Part shown: piece by piece, positions 36,042 through 44,034 of the stretch
Layout of the letters: each line of letters begins with the position of its first letter
How positions within the stretch are numbered: position 1 is the first letter of the stretch
From: Deltaproteobacteria bacterium
GTDB taxonomy: Bacteria; Myxococcota_A; UBA9160; PR03
Length of the DNA stretch: 64,000 bases
Assembly: GCA_031396445.1 (NCBI GenBank)
Contig: JANNKU010000028.1
Span: 20,651-84,650 of the forward strand
Reading direction: 5' to 3'
Translations under genes and position numbers: made by a program
The notes under the pieces: generated by a model
Databases searched by the model: none
What the model saw: only the letters and a program-made list of their open reading frames with translations
Told to the model about the DNA's origin: nothing

Positions 36042-37654
36042 GCGCGACCGACTCGATTCCCGCGCAGCCCGACGCCGAAATGTGGGACGTCGTGGTCGTC
36101 GGCGCGGGCATGGGTGGCGCCACGCTCGGCTATGAACTCGCCCGGCGCGGTCGCCGCGTGCTCTTCCTCGAGAAGGGCAAGCTGCTGCACCGCGACCCGA
36201 GCACCGACTACTCACCGATTGGAGTCGGCCCGCAGCGCAGCGTGCCGGAAGAGCGCCTGCGCCGCGGCTGGTGGCCAACGCCGCTCTCGGGCGACACGAA
36301 TTTCGGTTCACTCGAGTTCTACGCGCCGCTCGGTTGTGGAACCGGCGGCTCGACGGCGATCTACGCCGCCGCGCTCGAGCGCTTTCACCCGATCGATTTC
36401 CGCCCGCGCGCGAATTTTCCGGGCGTCGCCGACACGACGCTGCCCGAGGCGTGGCCGATCTCGTACGAGGAACTCGCACCGTTCTATCAGCAGGCCGAAG
36501 AATTGTTTCATGTTCGCGGTACGCGCGATCCGCTGCACCCGGCGGGTGACACCGGATTGGCAGCACCGCCGCCGGCGAGCCCGCGCGACGAAGCGCTGCT
36601 CGAATCCTTCGAGTCGGCGGGGCTGCATCCGTATCGACTGCATTCCGGTCGGCGCTACGTACCCGGTTGCGACGAGTGCCCGGCCGGCGCGTGCGCGCGC
36701 GATTGCAAAGCCGATGCGGGCTGGGTCTGCGTGCTGCCGGCGCTCGAGCGCTTCGGCGCCGCGGTGTTGCCCGAGTGCGAAGTGGTGGCGCTCGAATCCG
36801 AGGGTGCGTCGGTAAACGCTGTCCAGTGTCGTTGGCAGGGCCGCGAGCTGCGCATCCGCGCGAAGATCGTGGTGCTCGCGGCAGGCGCTTTCATGACGCC
36901 GGTGTTGCTGCAGAACTCGCGCTCGTCCGCTGCGCCAAACGGGATCGCGAACGGCTCCGGGCTGGTCGGTCGCAACTTGATGCTGCACGCGAGTGACTTC
37001 ATCGCGGTGCGGCCGCCGCTGCGGCGCGCAACGACTGGTGCGAGCAAGTCGATCGCGCTGAACGACTTCTACGTCGCCGAAGGGCGCAAGCTCGGCACCT
37101 TCCAATCGGTGGGTGTGGATCTCACTCCGTGGCGGATCCGGTCTTTTCTGGGCGATCAGTGGGAGCGCGCGCCGGAGGCGTGGCACCGCTTCGTGCGGCC
37201 GCTGCTGAAGCCGGTGTCGCACGCGTCGATGCTCTATTTCAACAACGCGGCGATCTTCGCGTCGATCGTCGAAGATCTGCCGTATCTCGACAATCGAGTG
37301 GTTCCGGATGCGAGCACGCCGAGCGGGATGCGCTTCACCTATCGCTACACCGGCGAGTTGCGCGAGCGCGTGCGCTGGTTCCGGCGCCATCTCGAAGCAT
37401 CACTTGGACCGATCCAGACTTTCGTGCTGTCGAGCGACAACAACATCAACTATGGACACGTGTGCGGGACTTGCCGTTTCGGCGACGACCCGGCCACCAG
37501 CGTGCTCGATCGGAACAATCGCGCCCACGAGGTGGACAACCTCTACGTCGTGGACGCATCGTTCTTCCCGTCGAGCAGCGGCACGAACCCGAGCCTCACG
37601 ATCAGCGCCAATGCGCTGCGCGTGGCCGGCGAGATCGATCGGCGCTTCGCGTAG
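36038..37654 (+). CDS. GMC-family FAD-dependent oxidoreductase
   Basis: ATGA overlap with the upstream gene. FAD fingerprint DVVVVGAGMGGATLGYELARRGRRVLFLEKG. C-terminal GMC motifs GTCRFGDDP...NLYVVDASFFPSS. Confidence 0.85.
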   Translation: MSATDSIPAQPDAEMWDVVVVGAGMGGATLGYELARRGRRVLFLEKGKLLHRDPSTDYSPIGVGPQRSVPEERLRRGWWPTPLSGDTNFGSLEFYAPLGCGTGGSTAIYAAALERFHPIDFRPRANFPGVADTTLPEAWPISYEELAPFYQQAEELFHVRGTRDPLHPAGDTGLAAPPPASPRDEALLESFESAGLHPYRLHSGRRYVPGCDECPAGACARDCKADAGWVCVLPALERFGAAVLPECEVVALESEGASVNAVQCRWQGRELRIRAKIVVLAAGAFMTPVLLQNSRSSAAPNGIANGSGLVGRNLMLHASDFIAVRPPLRRATTGASKSIALNDFYVAEGRKLGTFQSVGVDLTPWRIRSFLGDQWERAPEAWHRFVRPLLKPVSHASMLYFNNAAIFASIVEDLPYLDNRVVPDASTPSGMRFTYRYTGELRERVRWFRRHLEASLGPIQTFVLSSDNNINYGHVCGTCRFGDDPATSVLDRNNRAHEVDNLYVVDASFFPSSSGTNPSLTISANALRVAGEIDRRFA

Positions 37655-37675
37655 CGAGCGCGAGAAGGAGCAGCG

Positions 37676-38428
37676 GTGAGCGGCATCTTCGAGGGCAAGA
37701 CGGTGGTGGTGACGGGCGCGGGTTCCGGCGTGGGACGCGGACTCGCGATCGGCTTCGCGCGCGATGGCGCCAATGTGGTCGGAATCGGGCGCACCGAGCG
37801 CGATCTCGCGGAGACCGCCGCGCAATGCGGCGGTGCAATGGCGTTCGTGGTCGGCGACGTGCGGCTCGAAGCCGATGTCGAGCGCCTCTTCGCGGAGGCG
37901 GAGCGGCTCCACGGTCGCGTGGACATCCTGGTGAACAACGCGGCCGTGTATCCGAAGCGCAGTGTTCTCGAGTGCCCGGTCGAAGAGTGGTCGCGCACCC
38001 TCGAGATCAACGTGGTCGGCATGTATCTGTGCTGCCGGCGCGCGCTGCCCGGCATGCTCGAGCGCGGCTACGGGCGGATCCTGAATCTCGGTTCGTTCGC
38101 GTGGCGCCAACCGATTCCGCACAGCTCGGCGTATGCGGCGTCGAAGGGCGCCGTGCGCGCGCTCAGCCGCGCGATCGCCTCCGAGGTCGATCGCTCTCGC
38201 TACCCCGATGTGCTGGTGAACGAGCTGATCGCGGGCGTCTTTCGTACACGCATGAGCGACACCGGCGCCGATCCGATGGAGGGATACCAGCACGCGCGCA
38301 CCGTGGCGTCGCTGCCGGCCGGCGGTCCGCACGGCGAAACCTTCGCGCGTTCCGAGGTCTTCGTGGAGGATCCGCCGGGGCTGCGCGAGCGGCTTCGCAA
38401 TCTTGTGACGGGTCGCAAGCGCTCGTGA
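37676..38428 (+). CDS. Short-chain dehydrogenase/reductase (SDR)
   Basis: AAGGAG RBS + GTG. TGAGSGVGRG cofactor motif, NNAA, catalytic YAASKGAV. Confidence 0.85.
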   Translation: MSGIFEGKTVVVTGAGSGVGRGLAIGFARDGANVVGIGRTERDLAETAAQCGGAMAFVVGDVRLEADVERLFAEAERLHGRVDILVNNAAVYPKRSVLECPVEEWSRTLEINVVGMYLCCRRALPGMLERGYGRILNLGSFAWRQPIPHSSAYAASKGAVRALSRAIASEVDRSRYPDVLVNELIAGVFRTRMSDTGADPMEGYQHARTVASLPAGGPHGETFARSEVFVEDPPGLRERLRNLVTGRKRS

Positions 38429-39396
38429 GCGATGCCGCGTCGATGCTGATCCACGTCGGTTACCCGAAGACGGGATCGACGTGGCTTCAGGAAGACCTCT
38501 TCGCCAACGCGAGCTCAGGCTTCTGGTCGCCGTGGACGCTCGATGTGAAAGAGCAGTACCTGCTAGCGAATCCGTATCGCTTCTCGGCCGAGCGCGTGCG
38601 CCAGGTGTTCCGGACGGGCTGCGATCACGCCGCAGCGCGCGGTCTCGTGCCGGTGATCACAGACGAGTGGTTGATCGGCAACCAGGTGTCGGGCGACTAC
38701 CGCGGCAAGCAGATCGCGGAGCAATTGCACGCGACGTTTCCGACGGCCGTCGTGTTGATCGTGATTCGCGAACAGCAATCGATGCTGCTGTCGTCCTACC
38801 GCGAATACGTGCAGGCGGGCGGCGGCGAGACGCTCGAGGAATTCATCGGCGCCGAGTCCGCGCTGCCCGGTTTCGTGCCGCAGTGTCGACTCGATCACCT
38901 CGAGTACGACTTGTCGATCGCGCACTACCACGCGCTCTTCGGCGCGGCGCATGTGTTGGTCGAGCCATTCGAGCGGATGGTGGCCGATCCGATTGCGTTT
39001 CACGCGCGGCTCGTCGCGTTCACCGGTGCGCGCGGGAGCTACCAGCATCCGCAGCAAGCGCGCAATGTCGGTCTGCGCGGCGCGACGCTGACGATGCGTC
39101 GCGCGCTCAACAACCTGGTGCATCCGTTCGGCCTGAACTTCAGGCGCGGCGCCCGGCGGCGGCGCTGGATCGCGCGCTCTGCGGAACGCATTGGCCGCGT
39201 GCTCTGCGGAACGCATTGGCCGCGTGCTGCCGGCGGGTCTGCACGCGCGCTGCGAAGCCGATTTGCGAGTGCGGCTGCAGCGGCAAACCGACGGCTACTA
39301 CGCGGCCAGCAACCAGCGGACCAGCAAGTCGATCGACATCGATCTCGCCGCGCTCGGCTATCCGTGTTGAGTGCGGAGCGTGCTCCTTGCTCCTGA
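38425..39396 (+). CDS. Sulfotransferase-family protein; C-terminus frameshifted by a 25-bp tandem duplication (the restored reading ends at 39369)
   Basis: GTGA overlap with the SDR stop (alternative ATG at 38443). PAPS 5'-phosphosulfate-binding-type motif HVGYPKTGSTWLQ. After 39200 the current frame gives LCGTHWPRAAGGSARAL.... Deleting one repeat unit gives ...RIGRVLPAGLHARCEADLRVRLQRQTDGYYAASNQRTSKSIDIDLAALGYPC*. Confidence 0.7.
   Translation: MSDAASMLIHVGYPKTGSTWLQEDLFANASSGFWSPWTLDVKEQYLLANPYRFSAERVRQVFRTGCDHAAARGLVPVITDEWLIGNQVSGDYRGKQIAEQLHATFPTAVVLIVIREQQSMLLSSYREYVQAGGGETLEEFIGAESALPGFVPQCRLDHLEYDLSIAHYHALFGAAHVLVEPFERMVADPIAFHARLVAFTGARGSYQHPQQARNVGLRGATLTMRRALNNLVHPFGLNFRRGARRRRWIARSAERIGRVLCGTHWPRAAGGSARALRSRFASAAAAANRRLLRGQQPADQQVDRHRSRRARLSVLSAERAPCS
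39176..39225 (+). repeat. Exact tandem duplication, period 25 bp (gctctgcggaacgcattggccgcgt x2)
   Basis: 39176-39200 and 39201-39225 are identical, and the next 3 nt (gct) also match the unit start. Confidence 0.95.
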
Positions 39397-39485
39397 GCCC
39401 GCGAATCAGCTCGCCCTGTCACCTGTACCGCCGCCAGAGGCACTCACCTGGGAGCGTCCCCATTGCGTCGCTGGAGTCGGCACCG

Positions 39486-40796
39486 ATGAGCCCCCACAAC
39501 CATCTGATTGGGCGGCTCGGCGTGCGCTTGGCGCTACTCGCGTTCGTGTCAGTGCTGGCGGGAGCCGCGTCGGCCGCGACGTCCTACGCGGTCGCCGCAG
39601 AGGATGATCCCGGATCCTCCACCGGCGCCGACACGGTGGCGATCGGCGTACCCGACTACCAATTCGTGAATGACATCGGCTTCGGCGGCGCCAACGCCGA
39701 CATCTTCGGTCCCGGCGAATCGACGGTGCTGAGCTTTCCGGTTGCGATCCGCAACATCGCGGACCAGCCAGATCTCTTGATCTCCGCGTTCGTCGGCGGC
39801 GCGGGTGCAACCGACGGCGCCGAAGTGCAGGTCGATGTGTCGAGCGACGGCATCGACTTCACGGAAGTTGCGACCTTCGACACCACAGACGGTCGCAACG
39901 TCGCGCTCTATCCATTCCCCGAAGTCGCGTTCGAGTCGGTCAAGCACTTCGCGATCGAGCTCGGCAGCGCAAGCGCTGCGACCCACGTGCGGCTCACCAA
40001 TCTCGCGAGTACCGCGGAGGGTCTGCGCCTCGACGCCGTCGAAGGCTTGCAGCCGGCGACCGCGTCGTCGCACGCGTTCGAGATCCGCTTCGAGAAGTAT
40101 CGCGGCGACGAGGTCGGGCGCTTTCTCGTGCGCATCAAGAACACCGCGCGTCCGAATGGTGTCGCGATCCGCGAGCTGCGGATCGACAAATCCACGACGC
40201 CCGGCGTGACGCTCGAGGACACCGTGACCTCCTTGTGCGAGCAACGGGAGCAGGTATTCACACCGCTCACCACTTGCCCAGAGCCCGGGAGCTTCGTGTG
40301 TGTCGAGAATTGCATCCTCGACAATGGGCCGAGCATTCCGTTCAGCCGTCACGTCTGGTCGATCGATGGCGAGAACGAGGCGCCCGCTGGAACAGGCCTC
40401 GAACCAGGCCGCCAGGCGATGCACCTGCGCAACGAGAACTTCGACACCGATGGAACGCTGCTGACGTTCCTCGGCGGTTTCGCGTTCACCGTCACCTTCG
40501 CGGACGGCTTCGAACACTCCTTTACGTTCAGTGACGACGTCCTCGATCAAGCGACGACAGGCTCCCTGTTCCAGAAGTATCTCTACTTCTCGAACACACC
40601 CACCGTGTTCGGACCGCGGCCGGTCTACTACTACGAGTTCGTGCCGGAGCCCGAAGGCGCGGGCGCTGCGATCGCAGCGGTTGCCGCTCTGCTGGCGTTG
40701 ACGCGCCGGCGCGCATCGATGCTCCACCGCGAAGCCAGAAGCACCCCCGAAACCACGACGCAGCTCCACGCGAACCAATTGCCCCACACGACGTAA
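39486..40796 (+). CDS. Secreted protein with PEP-CTERM-like anchor (EFVPEPE-TM-RRR) followed by an atypical 27-aa tail
   Basis: ATG 39486. Signal peptide MSPHNHLIGRLGVRLALLAFVSVLAGAASA. C-terminal YYYEFVPEPEGAGAAIAAVAALLALTRRRA. The body has no motif I recognise. Confidence 0.7.
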   Translation: MSPHNHLIGRLGVRLALLAFVSVLAGAASAATSYAVAAEDDPGSSTGADTVAIGVPDYQFVNDIGFGGANADIFGPGESTVLSFPVAIRNIADQPDLLISAFVGGAGATDGAEVQVDVSSDGIDFTEVATFDTTDGRNVALYPFPEVAFESVKHFAIELGSASAATHVRLTNLASTAEGLRLDAVEGLQPATASSHAFEIRFEKYRGDEVGRFLVRIKNTARPNGVAIRELRIDKSTTPGVTLEDTVTSLCEQREQVFTPLTTCPEPGSFVCVENCILDNGPSIPFSRHVWSIDGENEAPAGTGLEPGRQAMHLRNENFDTDGTLLTFLGGFAFTVTFADGFEHSFTFSDDVLDQATTGSLFQKYLYFSNTPTVFGPRPVYYYEFVPEPEGAGAAIAAVAALLALTRRRASMLHREARSTPETTTQLHANQLPHTT

Positions 40797-42232
40797 AGCC
40801 CCGGCACAAGCAGCGGCGTGACGTCGCCCACCAGCGCGACGCGTTCGAAGAGCTGCGTGTGCGCGACGATCTGGCCGCGCGCGTCGATCAGCGCGCTGAT
40901 GCCGGTGGTGGTCGAGCGGATCACCGGGACACCGAGTTGTGCCGCTTGCGTCGCGACGAGCATCAGATGTTGCGCGGGCTCCGCGGTGTCGCCGAACCAG
41001 CCGTCGTAGGTGAGGTTCACGAGCAGGTTTGCGCCGCGTTGCACGGGCTCGCGCACGTAGCGCGGCAGGATCGCCTCGTAGCAGATCAGGAATGCGAAGC
41101 GCGCGCCGTCTGCTTCGTAGAGCGGCATTTCGCTGCCGGCGAGGAACGGTGAGCGACCGATCCATTTCGTGAGCCACGGGAGTCGTTCGCCGAACGGCAC
41201 GTACTCGCCGAACGGAACCAGCACGTTCTTGTCGTAGCGCGGGTCGATCGCGCCGTCGGCGCGCAATCGATACGCGGAGTTGAAGTGGCGTGGATGCTCG
41301 CGATCCGTGGTGTCCGAGGAACTCGCGCCGGTCCAGATCTCGACGCGGCGATTCGTCGCGAGTTCGCGCACCGCGCGATTCCAGCGCTTCGTCGGTCCCC
41401 ACTCGAGCGACTTCTCCGGCAGCACGAGTACGGCGATCGAGGGATCCGCATCGAGGGTCTCGCTCGCGAGTGCGGCGAGTTTCTCGACGACGCGCTCGGC
41501 CTCCTCGGTGCTCTTCGCGCGCGGCGCGGTGGGATCGCCGCCCGGTTGGATCAGCGCGACGCGTAGCGAACGCGCATCTCGTGCGGCGGCGGCGATGCGA
41601 GCATCTTGTCGATGCGCGGCGAGGAGCGCCGCTGCGACGAGCAGCGCCAACACGAACGCGTTTAGCGCGAGTGCGCGCACACCGCGCCGCGCGCGCAATG
41701 TCTCGATCGCTTGCAGCGCCACCGCGTTCGCGAGCAGCACCAGGAACGTGATTCCCGCGACGCCGGTCGTCGCGCTCGCGAGGAACACGTTCGGCGTCTG
41801 GTACCACGCGACGCCCTGGAAGTAGGGGAAGAATTGCGGGCTCGCGAACTCGCAAGCGGTGAACCACGCGGCGATCGCGAGCGGCCACGCGGAACCCGCA
41901 GCGCTGCGGATCGCCGCAAAGCCCCACGCGAAGACGCCCGCGTAGAGGCCGAACGTTGCCGCGAACAACGCGAGTGCGAGCACGCCGACGGCGGGACCGA
42001 GCGCGGTGAAGACGTCGATCGTCGGGACGAGCCACGCGAAGATCGCCGCGTTCGCAGACGAGCCCACGAGCCAACCTGCGAAGAAGGCGCGTCGCCCACG
42101 CAATCTCGAAATCACGAAGCACGCGGGAACCCAGGCGAGGGGATGCAGCGCGATCCATGAGAACGGCGGCGCAATCGCGGCTTGGATCGCGCCAGAAAAT
42201 AAAAGAGCGAGAACAGGGAAGGCGCGAGGCAT
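40631..42232 (-). CDS. lnt: Apolipoprotein N-acyltransferase
   Basis: 533-aa ORF. N-terminal polytopic domain (PPFSWIALHPLAWV). CN-hydrolase domain (RVALIQPG..., FLICYEAILP, NLTYDGWFG). Terminal TM helix. Confidence 0.9.
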   Translation of the reverse strand: MPRAFPVLALLFSGAIQAAIAPPFSWIALHPLAWVPACFVISRLRGRRAFFAGWLVGSSANAAIFAWLVPTIDVFTALGPAVGVLALALFAATFGLYAGVFAWGFAAIRSAAGSAWPLAIAAWFTACEFASPQFFPYFQGVAWYQTPNVFLASATTGVAGITFLVLLANAVALQAIETLRARRGVRALALNAFVLALLVAAALLAAHRQDARIAAAARDARSLRVALIQPGGDPTAPRAKSTEEAERVVEKLAALASETLDADPSIAVLVLPEKSLEWGPTKRWNRAVRELATNRRVEIWTGASSSDTTDREHPRHFNSAYRLRADGAIDPRYDKNVLVPFGEYVPFGERLPWLTKWIGRSPFLAGSEMPLYEADGARFAFLICYEAILPRYVREPVQRGANLLVNLTYDGWFGDTAEPAQHLMLVATQAAQLGVPVIRSTTTGISALIDARGQIVAHTQLFERVALVGDVTPLLVPGLYVVWGNWFAWSCVVVSGVLLASRWSIDARRRVNASRAATAAIAAPAPSGSGTNS

Positions 42233-42256
42233 CGGGCCGACTCTAGTTCACGATTT

Positions 42257-42312
42257 CAACTCATGATTTCCGCACCGGCCGCAGGAAGCGGCCGCGCCAA
42301 CACGAGTCAGGG
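42257..42312 (-). repeat. Hairpin repeat, family B, copy 2
   Basis: The reverse complement reads ccctgactcgtgttggcgcggccgcttcctgcggccggtgcggaaatcatgagttg. Located between the DUF4097 gene stop and the lnt start. Confidence 0.85.
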
Positions 42313-42323
42313 TGCGCTTTGGG

Positions 42324-43211
42324 TCAGCGGACGGAGACGGAGCCGTTCGAGGTGCGGAGTTTGATCAGCACGCCGCCGAGGCCGAGGGCGCCAGCGAGGC
42401 GGCCGCCCGTCGAGTGGGTGCAGCGCGAGAGTGAGCGCTGGCTGCGGATGATGCCGTTGTCGACGCGCACATCGACGTCGGCGTCCACCGATTCGGGCAG
42501 CGAGAGGGCGATGCGGCCGTTGCTGGTGGCGAGCACCACCGGGCCGCTCACTTCGCGGATCTGTGCGTCGATGACGCCGTTCGAGGTCGCGGCGTCGATC
42601 GCGCCGCTGTGCTGCGATACTTCGATCTTGCCATTGCTGGTGCGCGCGATGAGTCGGCCGCTAACGCAAGCGCAACGCACCTTGGCGTTCGATGACTGGA
42701 TCTCGACGTCGCCCTCGATGTTCTCGACCGAGACGGCGCCGTTGCTGGAACGCGCCTTCACCGAAGCGTGGATCGACGAGATGCAGACCTTGCCGTTCGA
42801 TGCGGTGATGTCGATGCGCACACCGCGCGGCACGCGCAGCTCCATGTTCACCACGCCGCGCCGGTTCCACTTGCGCGGAATCGTGACTTCGAGATCGAGC
42901 GAGGTGTCGGTCTCGCTCGCGGCGAGACGCGTCGCATCGGCGAGCGCGCGGGCCGCCGTCTCGCTCTCGGCGCGCGCGATCTTCTGCAAACGCACTTCGA
43001 TGTCGCTGCGATCCTCGCCGATCACGCGCGTCTTGCCGTTGGCGTTCTCGATGTGCAGCAAGCCCGAGCGCGGCGCCGCGAAGTGCACGATCTCCTGCAC
43101 TTCGGCGCGATCGCTCCACGGGATGCCGGCGAGCAGGCTGTGCAGGAACTCGGCGAAGCCGCCGTGCTCGTGATCGCAGGGAGCGCCGTTGCGTGAGCTG
43201 CGCCGCTTCAT
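42324..43211 (-). CDS. DUF4097-type beta-helical repeat protein (putative adhesin fold)
   Basis: Internal ATG 43211 of track ORF 42324..44201 (MKRRSSRNG...). Repeated strands TASNGKVCI / RSSNGAVSV / QSSNAKVRC / RTSNGKIEV / ATSNGVIDA / ATSNGRIAL / RTSNGSVSV. ATGA overlap with the sirtuin stop. Confidence 0.75.
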   Translation of the reverse strand: MKRRSSRNGAPCDHEHGGFAEFLHSLLAGIPWSDRAEVQEIVHFAAPRSGLLHIENANGKTRVIGEDRSDIEVRLQKIARAESETAARALADATRLAASETDTSLDLEVTIPRKWNRRGVVNMELRVPRGVRIDITASNGKVCISSIHASVKARSSNGAVSVENIEGDVEIQSSNAKVRCACVSGRLIARTSNGKIEVSQHSGAIDAATSNGVIDAQIREVSGPVVLATSNGRIALSLPESVDADVDVRVDNGIIRSQRSLSRCTHSTGGRLAGALGLGGVLIKLRTSNGSVSVR

Positions 43212-44020
43212 CTGCGCACCAACGCGATGTGATCGAGCAGGCGCGTCAGCACCGCTGCGCCGGGACCGCGCAACGAGAGCGTCGCGTCGGGCGTGAGCTC
43301 GCTCGGCTCGGGGTTCACTTCGATCACGACACCGCCCTGACGCAGCACCGTGTGCGGAAACTCGGCGGCGGGAAACACCGTGGCCGACGTGCCGACGACG
43401 AGCATCAGGTCGGCGCGCGCGACGGTGTCGAAGCAGGCGCGCAGCACCGTCCGCGGAATCGGTTCGCCGAAGTGGACGACGTCGCCCTTCAGCACACCGG
43501 CGCACTCCGGGCAAAGCGGCGGCAGTTGCTGCGGATCGATGGCGATCGCTTCCGGCTCGAAGCGCGCGTGACATTCGCTGCAGCGAATCTGTCGATGATT
43601 GCCGTGGATCTCGAGCACCTGCTGATGGCCGGCCTGGCGGTGCAACTCGTCGATGTTCTGCGTGATCAGCGTGGCGAGCAGGCCGCGGCGTTCGAGCTCG
43701 GCGAGCGCTTTGTGGCCGGCGTTCGGCTTCGCGGTCCGCACCGCGTCGCCGAGTACGCGCATCCAGTCTTGTTTGGGCGCCAGCCGCTCTTCCCAGTACC
43801 CGCGCGGGTTGCGCAGGAAGCGCTGGTAGCCGTCCATCGGCGGCTCGCCGTATTTCGTCCAGATGCCGCCGGGGCCGCGGAACGGCGGGATCCCGCTCTC
43901 GACCGACAACCCCGCGCCGGTGAGCGCCACCCGATGCGTCGCCCGCACGACGAGCGCCGCGGCGCGCGCAATCGCGGCGTCGGTGGCTTCGTCGAGGGTG
44001 AACGTGGCGGGATCGCTCAA
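43208..44020 (-). CDS. cobB: NAD-dependent protein deacylase (Sir2/CobB family)
   Basis: GAGLSVESGIPPFRG, TQNIDELH, catalytic HG, Zn ribbon CSECH...CPECAG, GTSATVFPA. Start placed at TTG 44020 (GGAGAG upstream), 15 nt after the rhomboid stop. The start is uncertain. Confidence 0.8.
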   Translation of the reverse strand: MSDPATFTLDEATDAAIARAAALVVRATHRVALTGAGLSVESGIPPFRGPGGIWTKYGEPPMDGYQRFLRNPRGYWEERLAPKQDWMRVLGDAVRTAKPNAGHKALAELERRGLLATLITQNIDELHRQAGHQQVLEIHGNHRQIRCSECHARFEPEAIAIDPQQLPPLCPECAGVLKGDVVHFGEPIPRTVLRACFDTVARADLMLVVGTSATVFPAAEFPHTVLRQGGVVIEVNPEPSELTPDATLSLRGPGAAVLTRLLDHIALVRR

Positions 44021-44034
44021 AGAGGACTCTCCGG

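Noticed and set aside
43208-44020. Sir2-domain gene as an anti-phage defence effector (Thoeris/DSR/SIR2-HerA type)
   Set aside because: The protein is a full CobB-like sirtuin with an intact Zn ribbon and substrate-binding motifs. No HerA, TIR, Argonaute or STAND partner is adjacent.
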